Shown here one piece after another: positions 36,875 through 59,871 of a stretch of DNA of 64,000 nt; the first letter of the stretch is position 1, and each line of letters starts with the position of its first letter. The notes beneath the pieces are model-generated. The model was given only the letters and a program-made list of their open reading frames with translations. It was not told the origin of the DNA and ran no database searches. The DNA is taken from NCBI RefSeq assembly GCF_009914755.1, contig NC_060942.1; one strand, given 5' to 3'. Both the position numbers and the translations under genes were made by a program. Source of the DNA: the human T2T-CHM13v2.0 reference genome, Homo sapiens.

Positions 36875-37068
36875 TTAAAAAAATATAAAAATAGGCCAGG
36901 TGTGGTGACTCACGCCTGTAATCCCAGCACTTTGGGAGGCCGAGATGGGCAGATCACAAGGTCAGGAGTTCAAGACCAGCCTGGCCAATATGGGGAAACC
37001 CTGTCTCTTACTAAAAATACAAAAATTAGCTGGGTAAAGTGGTGGGTGCCTATAGTCCCAGCTACTCA

Positions 37069-37218
<150 letters not shown>

Positions 37219-38000
37219 TCAATTAACCCACTAATTATCTGACTGACAGAGTCAGAAAAGGGAGCTCCTGTATATATTATTAATGTCTCCTCCACCCCTC
37301 AAATACACTGTGTCACATGGGTGGGAACCGTATGTGTTTTGTTCATATAAAATAAATGAAAACACTACATTGATAACTGTTATAAAGGAGACTAAAGGAC
37401 CATGCTATACAATAAGGGAAACTGACCTAATCAGTGAGAATAGGGAAAGCTTCCCCATATACGTGACGTTTGAGAGGGAAATTCAAAGTTAAACTGGCTA
37501 CAGGAGACAGGGTAGAACAGTGCAAGGGACACGACATTCCAGATATAAACACGGCATGTGCAAAGGCCCTGTGGCAAGAAGAAATTGGAGGAAGGCAAGT
37601 GTAGCTTGAGAAGATGGAGGAATAAACCCAGGGTAGGGAGCGAATAATATGGTCTAACTTGTATTTTGACAAGGTTGCTCTGGCTGTAGTACGGAGAACA
37701 CGTTGGAACAGGGTTAGGGGTGGTGCATTAAGACAGGAAAAAGTTGAAAACGCTTGACTGGAGAAAATCATGAATTCAGTCTTGAAAATTATGAACTTGA
37801 GATGCTTTTGGGACACCCAAGCAGAGATATCAAGTAGGCAACTGGATCAAGGATCCTTTCCTGTCCTCTAGTGAGCAAGAATGCACTGTTAAGCATGTCT
37901 TACATTTGGTTTTACTGTATTTCCTTATCCTTCAGTTCTGAGAATAAAATATACAAGGCGGGCAGATCACGAGGTCAGGTGATCGAGAACATCCTGGCTA

Positions 38001-38218
<218 letters not shown>

Positions 38219-38306
38219 TCAACATAATGTCTCCCTTTAGTTTATTATTACAGCAATAAGAGCCTTCTGTGGCTTGGAAAGACTTTGTCACAAACCTATT
38301 CTTCAT

Positions 38307-39626
<1,320 letters not shown>

Positions 39627-40476
39627 CTCGTTAACTCATTCATATTCATTAAGCACCCATTATATTCCAATATTCTAGTCAATGAAGACACAGCTCTTAA
39701 TATGACAGACCAAGTCCAGTGGGAGAGGTAGGCAATAAGTAGACTGTAGTAGTCATGGGAGGAGAGAGAGGGGTGTCGGGGAAGGAGAGAGAAAGCCTGT
39801 TGCAATGGCCAACAGCTCCATGTACATAATTTGAACTGTTGACACTTATTCCTGCTGCTCAGGAATAAGGATTTGGATCTCTGGCTTTACAGGTTCCACA
39901 ACTGTTACTGTGCTGTCACAATCCAGTGGGGTCAGACCTTTCAATAGTTAGTCACCTGGTATGTGTAAAATCCATGACAACTGAGATTTCCATACTTTTC
40001 CAGGTAGCATAGAGACAAGGTAAAGACATGAGCTACAAGTGTAGTGCTTCTTTGTGCTTTTGTCATCTCCTGAAATATTTTTTGAAGTCATTTCTTCAGG
40101 AAGAAATGAAGCTACAACTTTAAAATCCTAGTTAGTTCTGCTGTACCTAAGGATTATTTTGTAGGGAGATATAGCAACAAGTGATACAACTCATACCTGA
40201 TTCTGGGCACTAGAGAGTATAATCTTATAACATTTACATGGTTATCCAAATCTTTTGAAATTATAATTAGTTTTCTTGCTCCCAAGGAACTGCCAGCAAT
40301 TTGCAGATTAACTTTAGCCAATAGCTCTACGAGACAGAGAAACTTCACACATTTCCCTGGGCTGGGCTATGTTCTCAGTTCTAGTATAAGCCATGTCATG
40401 GGCGGCAGGGGGTGGGAAGGATGTACAAGTCCAGGGCAAAGGGTTTCATACAGTGGAAAGAATGTGACCTTCGTGG

Positions 40477-41196
40477 TGTTAAAGCAGATAAGAAGGAGGC
40501 CATTAGCCTGATCCTGTCTCTGCACTAGGAGCTCTTAAGTAAGCAGACCACACCTAAACTTGGATGCATTTCTTATAAGTGACTAAAAAAGAAAAACCAA
40601 AACTGAGCATCAATCAATCAATCACAGTCAACCAAACAACTGGTTAAAAATCAGGGACCTCCCACTGAACTACACCCAAAGAAAGCCAGTGCCTAGCTAT
40701 AGCCAGTTATGTAATAACTTTATTTCCACATTCAGCTACTTCAGCTATAAAAGCTCACAGCCAGGCTGCTACAGTAGAGTTCTCTAAGCCTCCTCTGGTT
40801 CTGAGTGCTGCCTGAGTCATGAATTGTTGTTTGATCAAATAATCTCTGTTAAATTTATTTTGTCTAAAGTTTTTCTTTTCTTTATTTATTTAGAGATAGG
40901 GTCTCACTCTGTTGCTCAGGCTGGAGTGCAGTGTGCCATCACGGCTCACTGCAGCCCCAACCTCCCAGGCTCAAGTAATTCTCCCACCTTAGGCCTCCTA
41001 AGTAGCTGGGACTACAGGTGCACACCACCATGCCATGCTAATTACCTTATTTTATTTTTGTAGAGACGGTGTCTCCCTGTGTTTCTCAGGCTGGTCTTGA
41101 ACTCCTAGCCTCAAACAACTCTCCCACCTCAGCCTCCCAAAGTGCTGAGATTACAGGCATGAGCCACTGTGGCCAGCCTAAAGTTTTTCTTTTAAT
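40477..41196 (+). mobile_element. ERV1-class solo LTR (MER31/MER67-like) with an AluJ in its 3' end
   Basis: Starts tgttaaag; ends ctctgttaaatttattttgtctaaagtttttcttttaa; gtgg on both sides; TATA-like ctataaaag near 40746. Confidence 0.65.
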
Positions 41197-42216
41197 GTGG
41201 TCAGGCAAAACCGGATCCATATCCATAGTTTGCAATGAGAACTCACTTTTTTCATTTATCAAATGGGGATAATAATGCTCAGAAGGATTCCGAGAAGATA
41301 AGAGAATGAATATACAGTATTTGGGAGCAGTGCATGGCACATTAAAAACAATAACAACCTCAATAAATGCTGCCCTTCTGGCTTTTCTATACATCACTAC
41401 AAGGACAGAAACCATCAAGGAAGACTGATAGATCTGCCTACATAAAATGCAACAGCTAAAAACACCATAAAGAAAATCAACAGAAAATTAACAAACCAGG
41501 AAAAAACACTGGCAACATATGAAACAGGCTGGATTTTAGTATCCTTAATGTACGATAAATCAAAAAGAAAAAAAATCAGCTCTCCAAAAAAAAAGTCAGT
41601 GGACAAAAGCAGGTAATTCTGTCTGTCTGTCTCTTTCTCTTTATCTCACACACACACACACACAAGAAATATAAATGGCCAACAAACATATGAAAAATTA
41701 TCCAACTTTCCTAATAATAAAGGAACTTTAAATTAAATAATTTTGAATTAAAGATACATCATGCTTTGCCCAAGAAACTAGCAATTTTTAAAAGTTATAT
41801 CCAATAGAGGGGATAATGAAACCAACACCTTCACACTGCTGTGAGATATAGACTGGTATCTTTCCGTAGGATATGTATGTACTACTTGGCTGCATTTATC
41901 AAAAGCCTCAATATGCGTACTTTTTGAGCCAGAAAATTCACTTCCATGACTTTATCCTTGGATATGAGTAAAGTTACCTACAATAAAGTTTTCATTTACA
42001 GGTGGAAATAAAACAGCATTCTGACCTCTTTGCTGGTCAGCAAATATGCCAAGCACCTCAGGGCTGGCTGCTGTTTCCTCTGCCAGGAACCCTCTCCCCA
42101 CAAATCACCTGCATGGCCTGTTCTCCCACAGAATCAGATCTCTGCCTAAAAGTTATTTTATCTGTGAGTCCTTCTTACCCACTCTCTATAAAATAACCCC
42201 CTATCCACTGGCCTGA

Positions 42217-42217
<1 letters not shown>

Positions 42218-42247
<30 letters not shown>
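42218..42247. repeat. (AC)15 microsatellite within an L2 3' end (about 42020-42450)
   Basis: Directly visible; the flank ctagaatgccagttccacaagggca...tgcctggcatatagcagacactcaaatatttg is L2. Confidence 0.9.
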
Positions 42248-42249
<2 letters not shown>

Positions 42250-42877
42250 CTAACCTCTTACCTGGCTATATTCTCCACATGTACCACAATTGGACACACT
42301 ATGCACTTACATTTTCATGTGTTTATTGTCTGTCTACCTCAACTAGAATGCCAGTTCCACAAGGGCAACAATCTTTGTTTTGCTCCCTGCACATCTCCAG
42401 CACCAAGAACAATGCCTGGCATATAGCAGACACTCAAATATTTGCAGAATGATTCTCCAGGCATTACTTTGGTATCTTATAACATTTTTTTTTGTCTTCT
42501 CTCTCTAGATTGTTACAAGGGGAAAACAACAGCAACAAAATCCAACCATGACCACAACTGACATTTCTTCTTTTTCTCCAGCCCTTTAGAGACTTTGCTC
42601 TGAACAGAATTGCTGGTGTTGACAGCTACTCGGTTTTCAAGAGCAGGGATAAGAACAAAAAATGCCTACATCCCACACCTGTCTCTCTGAAATGGCCCTA
42701 ATGGGGAATCTAACAATTTCAAATTCAATAAACATTTATTAACCATCATGTTGTAACCTAGAACTGTGACAACAACAAACTAACTGCATTAAAAAACACA
42801 CATATTTTCCTTCAACAGACATGAACTTAAACTTAGAATCTTGGAATAGAGGTAGTTATTGTGCTTTCTATATCTTA

Positions 42878-44875
<1,998 letters not shown>

Positions 44876-45187
44876 GTTCATAACTGGGTACCAAATCACC
44901 TTCCAGAGAGGTTGTAATGACCTGCCCTCCTTTACAGATCTAATGCTGTCTGATTCTAGGATAGCCAGAGGCCTGAACATTAGGAACAAACTAGGCACAT
45001 GCAACTAATGCAACAATTCCCCACCTCTAATTCTTCAGCTGGTGCCATCTGGGCCTCCTGTGCTGGTTTATTCTTTCATTGTCCTGCTGGCCCACAAAGG
45101 AGGCAAGATGGAATTAAATCCTGAGATGGTCCTGGTGGGATCTCAGGTCTCTGTGGTGTGCGGGCCTCTAGGGAGATACTGAGCTAC

Positions 45188-45543
45188 AGAAGAAAGAAGG
45201 AAGGAAGGAAGGAAGGAGGGAAGGAGGGAAGGAGGGAAGGAAGGAAGGAGAGAAAGAGAAGGAAGGAAAGAAAGAGAGGGGAGGGGAGGGAAGGGAAGGG
45301 GAAGGGAAGGGAAGGGCAGGGAGAGAGAAGGGAAGGGAGAGAGAAGGGAGGGGAAAGGGAAGAGGAGGGAAGGGAAAGGGAAGAGAAGGGAAGGGAAAGG
45401 GAAGAGAAGGGAGAGAAGGGAAGGGAGAGAAGAGAAGGGAGAGAGAAGGGAAGGCAGAGAGAAGGGAATGGAGAGAGAAAGAAGAAAGAAAGACAGACAG
45501 AAAAAGAAGGATAAAGAAAGAAAGAAAAAAGAAAGAAAGAGAT

Positions 45544-45625
<82 letters not shown>

Positions 45626-45626
45626 G
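45188..45626. repeat. About 440-bp polypurine tract: GGAA/GGGAA/GAGA units ending in (GAAA)20 at 45545-45624
   Basis: Directly visible; very few pyrimidines on the plus strand. Confidence 0.97.
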
Positions 45627-46108
45627 TGTGTGCTGTAGGGTCTCCCAGCAACTCCTAGCCACAAAGACTGCAGACCTTACCATGTTGAAGGACTATTTGC
45701 CAAGGGGTCTAATTTGAAAACTGTGGTAATAGATGATCTTTCTTAACTATTTATAAGCACAAATACTGCATCTTGTTTGAATCATGGGCCTGTTTTTTGT
45801 TTCCATACACACTCTGTCATCCCTAAGAACCTGATGAACAAAGCATTTTATAAGAAGCTAACAAAAGTCTGTTGGCACGGTTTACAAAACTGTCGTTATT
45901 GAGATGAAGGCTAATTAAATTAAATTATTTGTTTTTCAAATAGAGCATGCATTATTGAGAGAACATCTGCTCCCTGAAAACAATTTGCAGTTTAGCTCTT
46001 CATGGGTGCTGAAAAGGCTCCTGAAGCTGAATTTTTGAAAATTCTATGTTACACTGACACCTAGTGGACCAAAAAATAGTTTCCAAACATGAAAATAAAA
46101 CAGCAAGA

Positions 46109-46410
46109 GGCCAGGCATGGTGGCTTACGCCTGTAATCCTAACATTTTGGGAGGCCGAGGCGGGAGGATCACTTGAGGTCAGGAGTTCGAGGTCAGCCTG
46201 GCCAACATGGTGAAATCCTGTCTCTACTAAAAATACGAAATTAGCCAGGCATGGTGGCATGCACCTGTAATCCCAGCTACTTGGGAGGCTGAGGCAGGAG
46301 GATCCCTTGAACCCAGGAGGTGGAGGTTGCAGAGCCAAGATCATGCCACTGCACTCTAGCCTGGACAACAGAGCAAGACTCTGTCTCAAAAAACAAACAA
46401 ACAAAAAGAA
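46109..46410 (+). mobile_element. AluS
   Basis: Full dimer. Confidence 0.9.
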
Positions 46411-46767
46411 ACCAAGGTTCATGTTGACTACTGGAATTGCCTAAAATACTAATACCTTACAAATGTAAAGTCAGTATTTTCTTTAAAGTTGGAAAGGATT
46501 TCTGCATATTACATCACTAATTATAGAAGACCCCTAGATTTCTTTTTCTTTTTCTTTTTTTTTGGTCCACTACTGGTGACTATGCTTGTCAGTCTTACTG
46601 CCCCCTTTCTCCCTTCTTCTCACTTTCCTTAGACTTTTCTCTTTCATTCTTCACTCTTCCTCCTGACTCAGAGAGGATCACATTCCCTTGACGAAGTCCA
46701 GCCCTAATATTTCTTGAACCCAAGAGTCCTGTGATGACAGTTTCTCACAGAGCATAATTTAGAGATG

Positions 46768-46960
46768 GAGTCAAAGAACTATGGCCCATAGACCAAACCC
46801 CACCTGCTGCCTGTTTCTGAAAATAGCATTTTATCGGCACACTGTCACACCCAACCGTTTATGTATTGTCTGTTGCTATTTCTATGCTCTAACAGCAGAG
46901 CTGAGTAGCTGCAACAGAGATAGAAGAGCCCACAAGGCTAACATATTTACTCCTGGCACA
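46768..46960. mobile_element. MER58A-like hAT-Charlie MITE
   Basis: aactatggcccatagaccaaa...gcagagctgagtagctgcaacagaga...atatttactcctggc. Confidence 0.75.
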
Positions 46961-47547
46961 TCTGTTGGCCCAATTTAGAATAAGGCAGTCTGAGTCCCAA
47001 CCTCTGGACCTTACTAGCTGAGATGCTCAAGGCTTCACACACTAGACAGTGCCCTGGGCTATACACAAAGGACCATGTGACCACTGGGTTTCCGTAAAGT
47101 TCTTTTTTTTTGTTTTGTTTAAAGAGATGGGGTCTCACTATGTTGCCCAGGTTGGTCTCAAACTTCTGGGCTCAAGCAATCTTCCTGCCTCAGACTCCCA
47201 GAGTGTTGGGATTACAGGCGTGAGCCACCGTGCCCAGCCTCAAGCTCCATTTCTCAAGGCACTTTCATCACTGGTTCTTCCCAGCTCTCTGATCATGCAG
47301 AATCATCACTTCTTCCCACTTCATGTTTCATTTTTTTTCTGATCCAAGATTCTCAACATGTAATCTAGTTTATGCTGAAATGGAAATCTTGTCATCTTCA
47401 GTAAGGTTCTGACAATCCCTAAAGCCCAATAAGAGCTTTAAAGAAACCAGTCTACAGCTCCCAACACCACAGTGTTTGAAAGGCCACTGCTCTCCTTCCC
47501 CACCAGGTGGTCAGGTTTTGACCCTGCCGCAGTGTTAGGGGCTGTTA

Positions 47548-49210
<1,663 letters not shown>

Positions 49211-49915
49211 ATTTTTTTAAATAAATACAATCTGGACCCTAAATGATTGGTTAACTGTTCATTTCTTTATAAACAGTGCTAAGTTAATTTGGAGGTTTTA
49301 TCAAAGATACTTGTTACGGTTCTCCAGCACAGACTCTTGATGAAAAATTAAGGGATGTGGGCTTCTGTTTCATCTCATAAATTTCTGGTCACAAAGGTAT
49401 TGTAGCATAAAATTTTTAACTTAGAATTTCTCATCTTTGAAAGCTTGAGAGTTCAAACTTTGCTCTCTTACTTATAACAGACGAAAAGTGGCAAGTAGGT
49501 TAAAAATTACTTTCAAAGTGTTTTTATTTAAACCTGTAGCCTGGCAATACAGGAATTATAGGACTGCATCTGAAGTCTCCAATGAAATTACACCTGAGCC
49601 TGCCTTCTGCAATGGTTCCAGAATCCAAAAAAGAATGCCATGGTCTCACGGTGCTAACAGATGTCCAGTCAGATAAAACGGGTCACAACGTTCTTTTAGA
49701 ACCACTTTTTGCAAATACAGGAAGCCTTTAGCAAAGGATTTCAGCATCTGCTGGAAAAATTGCTTCAATGTTCTGCAATGGCTTGGCAACAGCAGTAACT
49801 GCCATGTATTGACAAGCTTATGGCTGTACAACAGCGCTATCTGTCCCAAGACAGACTGTTCCAAGAGCATCATCCAAGACTAGGTGGCAACAACCAGTCA
49901 CCAGGCAAACACCTA

Positions 49916-50181
<266 letters not shown>

Positions 50182-51167
50182 TCAGGAAGCTAAGGCAGGA
50201 GAATTGCTTGAACCCGGGAGGCAGAAGTTGAAGTGAGCCGAGATCGTGCCATTGCCCTCCAGCTTGTGTGATAAGAGCAAAACAGGTTCTGAGGCTCATT
50301 TGACATTTGAGAGGGAATGGGGGCCTCTTTGAGCTCCAGGTTAGAAGGGCAATCTAAATGAGTTCTCCATGGCCTATGCTGCCCAGTCTTAACTTAGGAC
50401 CCACTCTCCAGCCCCACCATTACAATCCCCACCCCATAGTAACCTCTGGGACTCCAAACTGTCTTCCTGATATTTCCATTTTTAGAAGAGCCAAACCTCT
50501 GTCATCTCTGCATTCATAGTTACTCAGTAAAGCTGGGCTTCACTTCCCTAATGACATAATCAGAAAACAAAGCCCAGGAGGAAAGAGCAGCCACAGCAAA
50601 TACAAACCCAGCCCAGCACACACGAAAGAACGTGGGTGCTGGATCCTTCTGCTAAACATCTGGTAACGCTCCTTTGCCAAGGGCCATGGGAACTGGAAAT
50701 CCTGAGCTGTACCAGCTCAGGTACAAGATCTACCAAAAACCCAGATATGGGGATCTTGGACAAAAAGTTTAATGGAGCTGTGGGTGGCTGTGAATGCACC
50801 TGCAGGAGACAGTGGTGAAAAGACTTCTGTGGAGTTTAGCTAGGAGCTGAAAAGAAGATGTGATCACAGATATTCCGAGATACGTAGAACCTAGCAGCAC
50901 ACTGTCAAGTCCAAGGGACAAATGTCTAGTGGGTCTCAAACTTCTACAGTCAAAGGACAACTTCTTGCAGGGAAGCAATCTTGAGAATCTTTGGCCAGTT
51001 CTACTAGTCATTAGCTGCCCTTCAAAACATCAATTAGAAGGCTGGGCACAGTGGCTCATGCCTGTAACCCCAGCACTTTGGGAGGCTGAGAGGGGAGGAC
51101 TGCTTGAGGTCAGGAGTTAGAGACCAGCCTGGGCAATATTGCAAACCCCCATCTCTACAGAAAATTA

Positions 51168-51314
<147 letters not shown>

Positions 51315-51339
51315 TTATCTCAAAAAAAAAAAAAAATTA

Positions 51340-51790
51340 ATAAAAGTATGGAGAATTCTATCAACAGATAAATGCATAAGCAAAATGTGATGAGTACATG
51401 TAGACATTGTTCAGCCTCCACAAGGAATGAAATTCTGATTCATGCTACAACATGCATGAAACTTGAAAACATTAATGCTAAGTAAAATAAGTCAGACACC
51501 AAAGAACAAATATTGTACAACTCAATTTATACAAGGTACCCAGAATAGGCAAATTCATAGACAAAGAAAGCAGAACAGGGGTTACTAGGAGCAAGTGGGA
51601 GGGGAGAATGGGAAGATATCATTTAATGGGTACAGAGTTTATGTTTGGAATGATGAAAAAGTTCTGGGCAAAAATAGTTATGATGATTGTACAATATTGT
51701 GACTATAATCAATGCCAATGAATTGTATACTTAAAAAATGGTTAAAATGGTAAATCTTATGTAATACATATTTTATTAATAACACAATAA
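51340..51790 (+). mobile_element. L1MB-type 3' end (preceded by Alus at about 50006-50282 and 51040-51336)
   Basis: aggaatgaaattctgattcatgctacaacatgcatgaaacttgaaaaca...gttaaaatggtaaat. Confidence 0.85.
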
Positions 51791-52373
51791 ACAAAAAAAT
51801 TTTTCATGGGAAAAATGGCATTGCTTTTAAGAAAATATGAGTAAGGTAATTTTTTAAAGACTACTATTAATAAGTAAATAATTTACATCAGATATTATGT
51901 GATAATTAGAATCAGCAAGGAAGACTCATGTTGATCTGCACCAGTGGTCCCCAGGCTATAATGTGACAGCCAATTCCCTCATTCTGGCCCAAGCTCCTGC
52001 TTCTCCAAAGGAATACGTTTACCCATTTGGAGCCAGGGTCCTTCAGTATTTCAATATTGTAACTATCTCAGGCCTTGTGAATTCTGTATCCCTATTTGTT
52101 TAAATGAAGCCCAATTCTTACTGAACTATCCACCATAACAATGGAGTATTTAGTAAGACTTGTGCTTAGTATAACATATAAAATCCCAAAAATATCTTTA
52201 TTTCATCCAATTAAGGATACTATATCATGAAAATGCAAAATTGTGACTTAATAACTTCTCCTTTGGATTAGCTAAGCATACAGTGTGGAATATTCCTTCT
52301 GAATATGGATTATGATATAACATGGTCAGGTACATTAATGTACACCTATGTTCCCAGGATCTCTCCTTCATAA

Positions 52374-56056
<3,683 letters not shown>

Positions 56057-56209
56057 TCTTCTCCTCTTATTCTAGACTTTTCCTGAACAGCCTCACTCAT
56101 AGCCACTGCTTCTCCCACTGCCTCTACATTGATGATTCCCAAATCCCCGTTCTCACTTGGATACTGCCACAATATCTCCCACAATATCTCCCACAAGCTC
56201 TCAATGATT

Positions 56210-56375
56210 ATTATTATTGTTTTTATTCATAGATTTGGGGGTATATATGCTGGTTTGTTACATGGATATAGTGAGTAATGGTGAGGTTTGGGCTTCCAGT
56301 GTCCATCAACTGAATAGTATACCTTGTGCCCAATAGATACCGTTTCAACCCTCAGCCCCCTCCCATCCTCCCTAC
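56210..56375 (-). mobile_element. Short old L1P (PA15/16-like) 3' end inserted in an L2
   Basis: gggggtatatatgctggtttgttacatggatata...gaggtttgggcttc; degenerate TSD caagctc(t/c)ca(a/g)tgat. Confidence 0.7.
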
Positions 56376-57438
56376 CAAGCTCCCAGTGATAACATGCCTA
56401 AATCATTACCCCGAACCTCTCCCTCAAATCATCCTCCCTATCCCCAATCAGCCAAACCAGAAACTTAGGTGGCATTCCACCTCACCTCTTTGGCCTTCAC
56501 CTCCCTCGTCTAAGCACAATATCCTATTGATTTTATTTATCCCCATAACAGCATTCAAATCTGAAGTCTTCCCCACCAACCCTCCTGCCTCTGTCTCAAT
56601 TCAGGCTCTCATCATCTCATGCCTGGCTCACAGCATTAGTCCCTTAACTGGTCCCCCTCTCTCCAAGGTTGCCCCCCATCCATTCTTTACTTTGCAGTCA
56701 AAGCGTTTGTCCTAAAATGCAAATTTAATTGAGCTACTCGCTTGTTTTAAAAACAGATGATTCTTCCTGCTGCCACAGGCAGCAACCCTCAGCCTCTTTT
56801 CTGTCAACAACACATTCGGGGTCATGAAGCTCACCTGAGACACACAGCCCCCAGCATGCACAGTGCAGGGGCAGCACAGGTCACAAACACCCCTCCCCCC
56901 CCAATGCAGAAAGCACATCAGAATGCCAAATGAGTGAGAGGGACAGCTGCTTGCTCTAATTGCTTTTTCATTTTACTTGAGTCATTCATAAATGTCAAAA
57001 CCCTGTTTTTCATGATAAATGACTTGAGACACCACACCTCAGAAGTGACTATGACCACAACCCACCCATGTGTTGCGACACTACAGTTGAGAACTCTGGC
57101 CTAAAGGACAAGTCACTTGGGTGTGACACATAAAGTCCTTCGGGACTTGCACCCGCCCCTCTCCACGGTCAGCTCCTGTCTGTCTGCTATGTGCAGCCAC
57201 ATTCCAGCCACAGCAGATGGCCCACAGCCTTGGGAACATGCCAGGCCATGTCATACTTCTAGGAGTCTGGTTGTGCCATCCTCTTGCCCCATAATGTTCT
57301 TCCCATCTCTTTGTCTGTAGTGAACACCTGCTCAGCCTATAACACCCAGTTTGCACATATCCTGTGTGAAGTTTCACTGACGCAGCCAAGCAGAACACAC
57401 CAAATGTGGGTCCTGCCTTCAAACAGTTTGGTCCAGTA

Positions 57439-57674
57439 CAGTGATTCTCAACCAGGCAATCTTCCCCTCCAGGGGGCATTTGGCAGTGTCTAGAGAAATG
57501 TTTGGTTGTTACAACCGGGGGAGAGGAGCGGAAGGTATGCCACTGGAATCTAGCCAGTAGAAGCCAGGGATGCTGCTGAACATCCTACAATGTGCAGGGC
57601 AGTCCCCGCTGCAAAGAATTATCCAACTCAATATGTCAGTGGCTGGAATGTCATTCCAAGGTTGAGAAACCCCG
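57439..57674 (+). mobile_element. MER20 (hAT-Charlie)
   Basis: cagtgattctcaacc...ggttgagaaacccc terminal repeats; internal catttggcagtgtctagaga and gccagggatgctgctgaacatcctacaatg; 8-bp flanks gtccagta/gtctagtg. Confidence 0.9.
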
Positions 57675-59096
57675 GTCTAGTGAAAGTAAGGTAATTAATC
57701 AATAATTACAAGAAACTGTGTGAAGCCCTAAAAGGAAGTGTACCAGGTACTATAAGCCACTCTACTGAGGGCAACTAACCTAGTCTAGTGAGTGGGTAAG
57801 ACTTCCTAGAGAAAATAAATTTGAGCAAAAACCCAAAGTGTGTTCAAAGCAGAAGACCCAGAAGGGACAAAGGCCCAGAAGTGAGAACAACAATGGCTTG
57901 ATTCAAAGCTTCTTGGAGAAGTTCATTTGGTCTGGACCCCAGCACCGGAGCACTGGAGAGGGGGCAGCAAGGGCTGACCCTAGAGAGAAGGGGCTGATCC
58001 TGAAGGACCACGTCAATCATAAGGAGCTGGGACTTCAAACTGGGGACTCACTGAAGGGTTCCAGGCATGGGAGTGACACGTCGCATTTACATTTGGGGAA
58101 GCTCCCTCTCTTTACAAGGGAGGGAATGTTACTGAGAGAAGCAAGACTAGGGGTAAAGAAGTAAGTTAGGAGTTTTTATAGTAATTGGAGAGATGACAAT
58201 GGCCCAGAAAGGGGCAAGATGGATGAAGAAAGTGGACAGATGCTGAAGATGTCTAGGAGGCCCTGGTGGCTAACTGGATGTTGAAGATGAAGGAGACAAA
58301 GGAAACAAGAATCACTCCCAGGTTCTGAGTTGTGCAGTTAAATGGAGGGTAACCATTCACTGCAGGTGAATTTAAGCAACAGATGGAATTTAAAAAGCAA
58401 GCTCCATGAGGGCAGGGATCTGTTTCCTTCACTGATGTACCCCAGGCATCTGCAGAATACGTTACTCTGCCCTACCAGACACCAAGCATTGTTCTAGGCA
58501 CTTGGAATACTCCAGTGACAAAATGGGTAAGTCAAAATTCCTGCCTTTGTAGATCTTACATTCTATGGGGGAGGTGCATTCAGTCTGTCTCATCCAACCA
58601 AGGACAGGGAAAAGAATGGCAATCCAAGCGTAGAGATTACCCTTTCCTATGCACATTCGCTAAGTCCCTCTACCTTTAGAGATGTGGAAAGACAACCAGA
58701 ACCAAAAAAACGCTTGCTACTCTGTAAGAGAGAAACCAGTATCCCAGCTTTATTGACTAAAATACCCGTAATCACAGAAGACACTTTAAAACTTTTGCTA
58801 TGAGGCTGGGCACAGTGGCTCACACCTGTAATCCTGGGAGGATCGCTTGAGGCCAGGAGTTCAAAGCTGCAGAGAGCTATGGAGTACATGCCACTGTACT
58901 CCAGCCTGGGTGACAGAGAGGGAGCCTGCCTCTACAAAAACAAACAAACACGTTTGCTATGAAATATTAGGGAGGAGCTTGACAAAGTATTTTAAAGTTC
59001 ACCTGAAATAACAAAGTGGTGATAATATAATAAACATTTTTTTAAAAGAAGAATGAGGGATGGCTTGCTCTACTACATATTTAAATGGTTTAATAA

Positions 59097-59486
<390 letters not shown>

Positions 59487-59496
59487 TGACTTTATA

Positions 59497-59846
59497 CAGA
59501 TGCTCTTCAACTTAGAATGGGGTTATATCCCAACAAATTGATCATACATTGAAAATGTCATAACTGAAAGAGCATTGAATACACATAACCTACTGAACAC
59601 CAGAGCTTGGCCTCGCCTACCACAAACATGTTCAGAACATTTATATTAGTGTGGCTGGCTGAGAGCTGCAGCTCACCACTTGCTGCTACTGCCCAGCATC
59701 AGGAGAGAGTATTGTAGGGCATATCTGCCTGGGAAAGAGCAAAACTCAAAAGCTGAAGTATGGTTTCTACTGAAAGCATATTGCTTTCACACCATTGTAC
59801 AGTCAAACAATTGTAAGTCCAACCGTCGTTAAGTTGGGACAGTCTG
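59497..59846. mobile_element. MER47A-like TcMar-Tigger element
   Basis: ta|cagatgctcttcaacttagaatggggtta ... cgtcgttaagttgggacagtctg|ta. Confidence 0.8.
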
Positions 59847-59871
59847 TATATGATATTAACAATCATATACA

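Noticed and set aside
45143-45683. Overlapping ORFs of 118-173 aa
   Set aside because: Translations of the purine microsatellite, which lacks stop codons.
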